Position numbers and translations under genes: made by a program | Virus record (IMG/VR): IMGVR_UViG_3300009529_000001 | Span: 45,579 to 109,578 of that record | DNA: 64,000 nucleotides | DNA from: a virus | Strand: one strand, 5' to 3' | Shown: piece by piece, positions 56,882 to 64,000 of the stretch | Numbering within the stretch: position 1 is the stretch's first letter | Layout: every line of letters starts with the position of its first letter | Notes under the pieces: model-generated | What the model saw: only the letters and a program-made list of their open reading frames with translations | Told to the model about the DNA's origin: nothing | The model's database searches: none

Positions 56882-57630
56882 ATATCGTAATCTGTGCTAC
56901 AACTTATTTTAGATTATCTCTAACAAGACAATGGCTTACTTCTATTTTGAAGTATTTCCCTGAAGATGCTATTCTTTTGATTGCTGATAATGGAAGTAAA
57001 GATGGTACAAAAGAATATTTGGAATCTTTGAAAGAAAATAAAAAAATAGGATTAATAAAATTATTTGATAAAAATATTGGAAAAGCTAAGGCAATGAATT
57101 ATTTATTTGCAGAAGCAAAGAAAAAATATAATCCTCGATTTTTAGTAAGTTCCGATAATGATATTGTGATTTGTAAAGATTGGGATAAAATATTAATTGA
57201 AGTTTTTGAATATTGGAGTAAGAAGAAGAAAATGGGATGGGTAGCTCCAATATATGAAGAAGATAATTGCCCAATGCCAGAGAGCAAAGCAAGAACTATT
57301 AAATTGGCAAACGAAAGAGGAGCAGGTTTTTGGGATAAAGGTGGTCTTGCTGGTGGATTTTTTTTAATGCCAATTGAACTTTATGACCATTTGGGCGGTT
57401 ATTGCATTGATAATGTTTATGGAGGAGTTGATGGAAGTTATTTACATCTTTGTAGAAAAAATAAATACCATTGCGGATGTACTCCTAAATGCGTAATGAG
57501 ACATTTATGTGGCGGAAAGGAATTTGAAAAGTATGAGGAATGGAAATTTCAAAAACAGAAAGAGCTTAAAGCCTATATGAAGAAGCATGGGAACTTTGAT
57601 TTTAAGATAGATAAAGGCTTTTTCGATTAG
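56878..57630 (+). CDS. glycosyltransferase family 2
   Basis: TYFR, ADNGSKDGT, SDND, YGGVD. Confidence 0.85.
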   Translation: MNIVICATTYFRLSLTRQWLTSILKYFPEDAILLIADNGSKDGTKEYLESLKENKKIGLIKLFDKNIGKAKAMNYLFAEAKKKYNPRFLVSSDNDIVICKDWDKILIEVFEYWSKKKKMGWVAPIYEEDNCPMPESKARTIKLANERGAGFWDKGGLAGGFFLMPIELYDHLGGYCIDNVYGGVDGSYLHLCRKNKYHCGCTPKCVMRHLCGGKEFEKYEEWKFQKQKELKAYMKKHGNFDFKIDKGFFD

Positions 57631-57669
57631 GTATACCCTTTTATTATTTTGACAATCTGAGGGGGGAGT

Positions 57670-58569
57670 ATGACGATCAAGAATGTGCTCTGTGTCGGGG
57701 GTCTAGGCTATTTAGGCAGTACAATATCGGGTAAACTTAAAAAAAATGGAAACAAAGTCGATATTTTAGATTGTGGAATGTATGATAATCTAGATGTAGT
57801 GGATGAAATTCGTCCTGACAACTTGTTTCAAGAATCCACATACAGTTTTGTATTAGATGTTAAAGATTATGATTTGATAATATGGTGCAGTGATATAGAT
57901 GTTCCAGAATATTATGATCAAGGTTATGAATATGACGATCCATTTTTTGATTTGTGTTTAAAACAAGCAAAGAATTTTTATTATGTGGGACATTATATTG
58001 ATATGATCGAAGATAGTCCATATAAGACATTTCGTAATTTTATTATAAATAAAAGAAATAAAATTATAAATGGAGGAAAATATTATATAAGATGTGGAGA
58101 ATTATTTGGACCATCTCCACGAATGAGATGGGATACGCTTGTAAATCGAATGATATTTATGGCAATTACACAGAAACAAATATTTTTAGAAGGAGATTGG
58201 TTATCAAAATACCCTATTTGCAATGTATCGGATGCTGCTGAAGCAATAATTGAAAATACGACAGATGCTTCAGTGGAATTTAATACATTCTCTTCTATAA
58301 TGTCAATGGTAGAAATTGCACACATAATAGGAAATTGTTTTGAAGATTTTGAGAAAGTAAATACAGTAGGAGATTGTGATAAAATTTTGGATTTAAATTT
58401 TGAACCTGATATTAAAGATAATTTTTCGATAGAATCAAGCATTAAACAAATTATACGAGAATTAGAAGCAGGACATCTTCCTGATTTTATGAATGACACG
58501 TATAGTAATGAGGTTATTGTTAATAATATGATTAATGGGCGTCTTGCTTGGAGTAGATTAAGAGAATGA
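57670..58569 (+). CDS. degenerate NAD-dependent epimerase-like protein
   Basis: GGLGYLGS and SPRMRWDTLVN present; no clear YxxxK. Confidence 0.65.
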   Translation: MTIKNVLCVGGLGYLGSTISGKLKKNGNKVDILDCGMYDNLDVVDEIRPDNLFQESTYSFVLDVKDYDLIIWCSDIDVPEYYDQGYEYDDPFFDLCLKQAKNFYYVGHYIDMIEDSPYKTFRNFIINKRNKIINGGKYYIRCGELFGPSPRMRWDTLVNRMIFMAITQKQIFLEGDWLSKYPICNVSDAAEAIIENTTDASVEFNTFSSIMSMVEIAHIIGNCFEDFEKVNTVGDCDKILDLNFEPDIKDNFSIESSIKQIIRELEAGHLPDFMNDTYSNEVIVNNMINGRLAWSRLRE

Positions 58570-59240
58570 GTTATACCACAAAAGCTTCAGCTCTTATATT
58601 TCTTCAGAATTATTATTCTTCTGCTGCATTAACTGATATTACGGATTATTTACTTAATGCTTCAGATGAAGAAATAAACTATAGAACTGATACTCAATGG
58701 TCTGAAGATACTGAAGATCAGACTATTACAATGGATGGAAATGCTGAAAGATTTATTCAAGTTCCTATAAGGCCAATAATTAGTATTACTTCTATTACAA
58801 TTATAAGCATGGATGAAGATGAAACAAGTCTTGATTTGTCGGGAACAAATAGAGAAGTAAGATGGAATGATGAAACTGGAATGATTGAAAGAATTGATGT
58901 AACAGAAAATTCTTTAATTGAACGTGATTGGGATGAACAAGAAGGTGCAGTATTTCCAGAAGGTATAGGCAATATTCAGATCGTTGGAAAATTTGGACGT
59001 GCAGCACCTAGTATGCTTGAATTAATTGCTAATTTAATTATTCTTCGATATATGACTCAGATTGATGCTGAAAATTATAAGACTGATCTTATTTCTGAGA
59101 CAATGGGAAAATATAAATATATGATGGATCCAAAATCAAAGAGAAATAAAGAAAACGAAAACCTAACACTTGAAGGATTAATTAATTATTTATTTTCTAT
59201 TCTTCCTAAAGACGATAAACTTTTTTTAGATGCAATTTAA
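58566..59240 (+). CDS. head-tail adaptor (connector) protein
   Basis: PIISITSI, FPEG..NI.I...G, SE.MGKY.Y; synteny. Confidence 0.7.
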   Translation: MSYTTKASALIFLQNYYSSAALTDITDYLLNASDEEINYRTDTQWSEDTEDQTITMDGNAERFIQVPIRPIISITSITIISMDEDETSLDLSGTNREVRWNDETGMIERIDVTENSLIERDWDEQEGAVFPEGIGNIQIVGKFGRAAPSMLELIANLIILRYMTQIDAENYKTDLISETMGKYKYMMDPKSKRNKENENLTLEGLINYLFSILPKDDKLFLDAI

Positions 59241-59584
59241 TGAGTTTTGAAAGTTTACTAAAGGATAGATGTAATATAAAAAGAAGATCGTTCACTACTA
59301 GGAATACTTATGGTGAGCCGGTTTATGGAGATCCTTCAGTTATAGTTTCTGATGTTTCGTGCAGAAAGGAAGAAATAACAGATGATTTAGATGAAGCAAG
59401 ACCCGTAGCTGGAAATAGAAAACGTTATTTATTTTTTTATCCTGCTGGAACTGATATTAAATCGCAAGATATTATTGAGATTGGAAGTAGTGATAATTAT
59501 ACTGTCGAAAATGTTGAACCAATTGGTGGAAGGAATGCTACACATCATCTTGAAGTAAAAGTTGAACAAGTTAGGGACACATAA
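59240..59584 (+). CDS. head closure protein
   Basis: YGEP, DVSCR, DIKSQD.I, HHLEV; synteny. Confidence 0.7.
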   Translation: MSFESLLKDRCNIKRRSFTTRNTYGEPVYGDPSVIVSDVSCRKEEITDDLDEARPVAGNRKRYLFFYPAGTDIKSQDIIEIGSSDNYTVENVEPIGGRNATHHLEVKVEQVRDT

Positions 59585-60126
59585 TGCCTTTTAGGGGAGC
59601 CAAGGGAGGATTATTTGTTGCGGAATTTGTTAAGGATCCCGTAAAGATTATCAATAAATCTTTTAAAAAATGGGATAAAATTCAGCAGAAAAAACTTAAG
59701 AAAGCATTGAAAGGATCTGTTGTATATCTCAAGAAGAAAATGGTCGACTATGCACCGTCAGGAAGAAGTGGAAGAGGAGCACCATTAAAGACGTTGATTA
59801 AAGATTTACCTATTGGAACCGTCAGAAGAAAAGGACAAGGAATATCAATATTCCTTAACAAACGAGGATCAATAACTATTACTTTAAATATTAGACCAAA
59901 GAAACACGCCAAGATTAGATGGGTAAACGATGGAACAGGAATATATGGACCTAATAGAAAATTAATTAGACCGAGAAAATCTGAATTTTTATATTTCGAA
60001 GTAGATGGACAGTTAATAAGAACAAGATCAGTGCGAGGACAACCTGGACAAAAATTTATTCAGAAAGCAGTTAATGTGTCTAAGTTGATTATTGCTAGAA
60101 AGATTCAAAAAGCTTTTAGGATATAG
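59584..60126 (+). CDS. tail-completion / HK97 gp10-like protein
   Basis: WVNDGTGIYGP, V.GQPGQKF. Confidence 0.7.
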   Translation: MPFRGAKGGLFVAEFVKDPVKIINKSFKKWDKIQQKKLKKALKGSVVYLKKKMVDYAPSGRSGRGAPLKTLIKDLPIGTVRRKGQGISIFLNKRGSITITLNIRPKKHAKIRWVNDGTGIYGPNRKLIRPRKSEFLYFEVDGQLIRTRSVRGQPGQKFIQKAVNVSKLIIARKIQKAFRI

Positions 60127-60241
60127 GATAAATGCTTTGTTTTTGCAGTCCATATTACAAGATACGACGATCATCGTGGATGCTCTTGAGGACGTCGAGC
60201 TTGGTGATATCCTGGTGGTCGGGAACATAGGGGAGTAGGGA

Positions 60242-60679
60242 ATGGCTGATGGCGTTGCAATTATACTTCACACAACTGGTCGAGGTCAACTCGGTGATGG
60301 TGATTATGATCCCGGTAACGTGATTGCTGCTTTTGAATATTTTGAAGAGCAAGGCGAGATAATGTTGCAAATTGGTGCGGATGAACGCGGTCGAGTAAGT
60401 GATATCGGTTCCGAAGCTGAGCAGAAGTTTCGCACAGTGCTCTTACCCGGTGCGAAGTTGGTTGACGTGATGGCTTATGTCGGACGTGGCAAGGTGGAAC
60501 TCAATGTGTCACATAGACCCGAGCAGGAAATTTCCGCAACTGTGGCGCGGTTCGATCCGAAGCGCCGTTGTGTCGTGAAAGTCAAGCGTATACTTGGTGA
60601 TTTTGGGGAATTACAGCGTGCTAAGCGTGGCCCCGAATGGGAGAAGGAATTGATCCTTCCTAATGATGCGGAGCTTTAA
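60242..60679 (+). CDS. hypothetical protein in GC-rich cassette
   Basis: Coupled to the next gene; GGGAG RBS. Confidence 0.55.
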   Translation: MADGVAIILHTTGRGQLGDGDYDPGNVIAAFEYFEEQGEIMLQIGADERGRVSDIGSEAEQKFRTVLLPGAKLVDVMAYVGRGKVELNVSHRPEQEISATVARFDPKRRCVVKVKRILGDFGELQRAKRGPEWEKELILPNDAEL

Positions 60680-62313
60680 TGGCAGACCGTACCTATCTTG
60701 TTAAAACCATCGGCACTACTGGCCGGGATTATGCCACGGTCGCCTTGTGGGATGCCGGGCTTGGCGACATGAGCCTTGGTTATCAGATCGGTGTGGTCTA
60801 CGCAGACTCGGTTTTCACTGAATATAACACGTACGTCTATCATCTTACCAGTGATTATAACAACTATAGTACCAGGGTTGATTTGATTGCTGCGAAAGAT
60901 GAAGCTCCTATCTGGCGTCCTGGTGCTGTCGCGGCAAGTTATATCATCCGAAACCAAATGAAAGGTTTAACAGCTGGACTCGATTTCGATGGTGTTAATT
61001 TAACTGCGGGAATTTTATTTCAAAGTCTTCATGGTGCCAACACAGAGCCTGGACAATTAGTCATTGCCTGCCGGGCGAGAAATGGACCAGCTGAAGGATT
61101 TTATGCTAGTAGTAACTATAGAAGAACGCAATATCATTTATGTCTTGCCGATAATAATGCTGGTGATGGCTTCCGGAATGGTCTCCAAAAGAGTATAGGC
61201 TTAACTTGTTGTGGTTCCGTCAAGAATGGCGGTATGGGGCTCAGGGGATATAATGATTCTTATAGGCCAACACAAGCATATAACTGTTATTTCCTTGGAA
61301 ATATTGGTGATGATGCTGACAGTACATACCCACCTGTGGCATCCTTTTACATCTGGATATCAGACACATCTCTAGCTGCCGGAGATGACATCCATCGAAG
61401 TGTTGATCCGACCACGCTCGGTTTTACGGACTGGGCGGGTGATGATTTCCGTCTTGCAGCTGGAAGTCCTCTCCTTCAAGTTGGTCAGCCTATTGGCAAT
61501 GCTGATAGTAGGTATTCTGGATTCCGTCTTGAGTATTACACCAATCGCCCCAGCCGCATGATGATTCGGGATGTGTTTAACAATAATTTAACACGTGCAT
61601 ATTTCGGCGAACGTTTTGACATCGGGCCGCATCAGTTAAGTTATGCTCCAGCCTCTGCTGCCACGCCCACTTTTGATTCCCTTACCGACGCAGCCAGTTC
61701 CGGTGAACTGGTAGTCGTTTGGACTTCTGCTGAGGATTGGGTTCTGGTCGTGGACGATACGACTGGTGACATTCTCGGCGGTGGTTCTGGTGCTTCCGGT
61801 GGAGTCACTATAGGCGGATTGACTGATGGAAATCCATACACTATTAAGATCAAGGCCAGTTCGGAAGGGAAAACGGATTCTGGATATTCTGGAACCAAGA
61901 CCGCTACGCCTACTGCTGCTTCTATTCCTACAAAATGCAGTAATGTTGCGGCTTCAAATCTTAATAGAAATCAGGATATAAGATTAACTTGGGATAAATC
62001 TTCTGATGATGATGGATCTTCTGTTGATGGATATCAAATATATTCTGGAACTACACTGAATGCAGCTTTAACATTGGCAAATTCAGGAGCAGATTATGAT
62101 TTTGAAGTAGAAGCTGACGGTTCAGCTTCTTATGTAAAAGATGTAACAGGATATACAAACAATATTGAAAGATTTTTTGTTGTAAGAGCAGTATTGCGTA
62201 AGATTGGCGCAACAGATCACGCTGATGGTGATGGAACTCATGCATCGGCAACTCCTGCAACAGACGCTGATATAACCCCCACAGCAAAGGCAACAGGTGT
62301 TGGAGCGGTATAA
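60679..62313 (+). CDS. virion-associated protein with beta-helix-like N-terminal part and fibronectin-III-like C-terminal domains
   Basis: RDY.T..W; N..DGF repeats; DFRL..GSP; DIGP; GLTDGNPYTI and LTWD...DGYQIY. Confidence 0.6.
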   Translation: MADRTYLVKTIGTTGRDYATVALWDAGLGDMSLGYQIGVVYADSVFTEYNTYVYHLTSDYNNYSTRVDLIAAKDEAPIWRPGAVAASYIIRNQMKGLTAGLDFDGVNLTAGILFQSLHGANTEPGQLVIACRARNGPAEGFYASSNYRRTQYHLCLADNNAGDGFRNGLQKSIGLTCCGSVKNGGMGLRGYNDSYRPTQAYNCYFLGNIGDDADSTYPPVASFYIWISDTSLAAGDDIHRSVDPTTLGFTDWAGDDFRLAAGSPLLQVGQPIGNADSRYSGFRLEYYTNRPSRMMIRDVFNNNLTRAYFGERFDIGPHQLSYAPASAATPTFDSLTDAASSGELVVVWTSAEDWVLVVDDTTGDILGGGSGASGGVTIGGLTDGNPYTIKIKASSEGKTDSGYSGTKTATPTAASIPTKCSNVAASNLNRNQDIRLTWDKSSDDDGSSVDGYQIYSGTTLNAALTLANSGADYDFEVEADGSASYVKDVTGYTNNIERFFVVRAVLRKIGATDHADGDGTHASATPATDADITPTAKATGVGAV

Positions 62314-63119
62314 TGGCTAGACTTGGTATAAGATTTACAATGCCTTCCGATGCTGATGCTGATGGTATTGCTGTCGCTATTGCTGAAACAGCGGCTGAAG
62401 CAGTTACAAATGCAAATGCTAAGACTTTTGCAAAAATGAAAAGATATAGTGCTGGAACTACAAATACGATTTACGTTTATTCTTTAGCTGATGGAACGCA
62501 ATTAACAAAAGACACAAGATATTATTTTATAGCTAGTCCATTTGACACGAGTCTTAATTTTAATACGGATTATGATGCAGATGATGTAGTTAGCGGATTA
62601 GCAACAGGTATTTATGATGTAGCCGCTGCTGCTGGAAGTTTTGAAGCTACATTGGTATCTATACTTAAAGCTGATAGCACAGTTCAAGCAAATGTTTCAA
62701 AGGATCAAAGTGGAATAGATTATGAAATTTATCCCACTGGTTATCATCCCGTAGGAAATAGATTTCCACAACTTACTTATGAATTTGACGAAGGACCATC
62801 AGAAGATGCTATACCTGCTGGAAGAAGATCTTTAAAACTTATATATTGGGTGAAAAAATCTCAAAGCGAAGCATTCAGTAAGATAAAAACTGTTACCGAT
62901 AAACTTAATGAACTTGTTAATAGATCAGCAGGCGATTACCAAAGTGTAAATGAAGATACTAATACGGGATACAGAGTTGCCGGTATTATAAAAACAGGTG
63001 GAGGCATTGATTTTGATGAAGAACATAATTGTCACACTTTTGAATTGATTTATGATATAATTATTTCGGAGGAAGAAAGTTTTGCGGCGGCAACGAGCGG
63101 AGAAGCAGACTGGATTTAA
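62313..63119 (+). CDS. tail-terminator-like protein with N-terminal extension
   Basis: L.SILKAD..V, IYP, FPQLTY in the C-terminal half; synteny. Confidence 0.55.
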   Translation: MARLGIRFTMPSDADADGIAVAIAETAAEAVTNANAKTFAKMKRYSAGTTNTIYVYSLADGTQLTKDTRYYFIASPFDTSLNFNTDYDADDVVSGLATGIYDVAAAAGSFEATLVSILKADSTVQANVSKDQSGIDYEIYPTGYHPVGNRFPQLTYEFDEGPSEDAIPAGRRSLKLIYWVKKSQSEAFSKIKTVTDKLNELVNRSAGDYQSVNEDTNTGYRVAGIIKTGGGIDFDEEHNCHTFELIYDIIISEEESFAAATSGEADWI

Positions 63120-64000
63120 TCAATTAGATACTGGACATATTCCAGTATATGCTTATTGTTCTGAAGAATTAAAAAAAATAACTTCCTCAGAAGCCGCTCT
63201 TAGTAGACCATTTAATGTTGTTAATTTGACATCTCCTAATAAAATTAATCTTCACATAAGAACTTATGTCGATTTTTATGGAGGTTATGCTGAACATGGA
63301 AGAAATGTATTATTTAGATTAGACGATACAGGAAAATATAATTTAAGACTTACACCAATCAAGACACCTATTGATATTGATCCTATAGTTTGGAATAGAT
63401 GTAATTGGTATACAAAAAATCCTAATTTTAAAAAAGACGAATCAATATTATTAACAATAGCTGGACCAGGATGGATGCAAAAGAAATATTTATCAGAACA
63501 TAGGGTAAACATTGGTTGGACAATGGTAGAAAGTATGGAACCGCATTCTGATATTGTGCTTTGGTTAGAAAATTGTGATGAACTATGGTGTCCAACTGAT
63601 TTAGATTGGGCGAGATTTGCAGTAGCTGGAATACCTGAAACAAGTTTATTTAGAATGCATCTTGGATATGATGAGAAAATGTATAATCAAAATATAAAAC
63701 CTTTAGATATTTCAAATGTCCGTAATAGATTTGTGTTCGGAGTTTTAGGATCATGGAATAAAAGGAAAAATGTAAAAGCAATTGTTCAAGCATTTGCACA
63801 GGCTTTTGGTCCTGATGACAATGTTAGTCTTTTATTGTGTTGTAAGTACGGAACAAGACCATATGGAGAAGAAAAAGAGAATGATGAGCGTTGGACTATT
63901 GTTCATGAATTTAATCAATACCTTGAAGAAATTAAAAAATCGCCAGATGAATATCCTCATATGTGCTTGATAGATGTGCCTTTGCATGAAAGTGTTATGC
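63082..64000 (+). CDS. glycosyltransferase family 4, truncated at window end (not in ORF track)
   Basis: TTG start after GGAGG; GGYAEHGR, WTMVES, DELWCP, GSWNKRKN...AF; open to the window edge. Confidence 0.8.
   Translation, partial: MRRQRAEKQTGFNQLDTGHIPVYAYCSEELKKITSSEAALSRPFNVVNLTSPNKINLHIRTYVDFYGGYAEHGRNVLFRLDDTGKYNLRLTPIKTPIDIDPIVWNRCNWYTKNPNFKKDESILLTIAGPGWMQKKYLSEHRVNIGWTMVESMEPHSDIVLWLENCDELWCPTDLDWARFAVAGIPETSLFRMHLGYDEKMYNQNIKPLDISNVRNRFVFGVLGSWNKRKNVKAIVQAFAQAFGPDDNVSLLLCCKYGTRPYGEEKENDERWTIVHEFNQYLEEIKKSPDEYPHMCLIDVPLHESVM

Noticed and set aside
57628-57690. Fourth copy of the dispersed element (GGTATACC, TGACGATC)
   Set aside because: The boxes are in the wrong order and overlap a start codon.
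2093-62293. Numerous short antisense or nested ORFs in the track
   Set aside because: Shadows of well-supported genes, with no RBS or motifs.
63128-63149. Hairpin ATACTGGA-CATAT-TCCAGTAT
   Set aside because: Short, inside a coding frame and without a U-tract; could be chance.
1-64000. Diversity-generating retroelement, retron, tRNA genes, integrase
   Set aside because: No reverse transcriptase motifs, template/variable repeat pair, cloverleaf or recombinase recognised by eye. A tRNA scan was not run.
1-64000. Stop-codon reassignment
   Set aside because: Long conserved genes are intact under code 11, and TAA, TAG and TGA all terminate coupled genes.

Overview
A 64-kb segment of a large, AT-rich tailed dsDNA phage (HK97-type head genes, standard genetic code, probably a diderm host given a spanin-like lipoprotein). 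Layout: (1) 1-11.1 kb, nucleotide metabolism, replication and lysis: an intein-split thymidylate synthase/dUMP hydroxymethylase-like gene, class II ribonucleotide reductase, holin/spanin-like genes and a primase. (2) 11.5-28.6 kb, a rightward early region of small genes behind a repeated sigma70-like promoter (ATTAAAAA..TTGCAA-17-TAYANT-like). (3) 29-32.5 kb, a convergent leftward block (UDG-fold protein, NADAR, a candidate double-pseudoknot RNA). (4) 32.6-47.2 kb, a glycan/modification cluster that includes an aGPT-Pplase1 thymine-hypermodification enzyme. (5) 47.3-64 kb, terminase, portal, protease, capsid and head-tail genes interleaved with more glycosyltransferases. The most striking feature is a sharply bounded ~1.27-kb island (27521-28788) in which GA/TC dinucleotides occur only as CGA/TCG, with one exception. 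Its Shine-Dalgarno sequences, promoter and codons all obey the rule, while a paralog of its main gene outside the island does not. I suggest it is a modification-free or defence-evading terminal/first-injected segment linked to the phage's DNA hypermodification system. All annotation is by motif recognition only; no searches were run.
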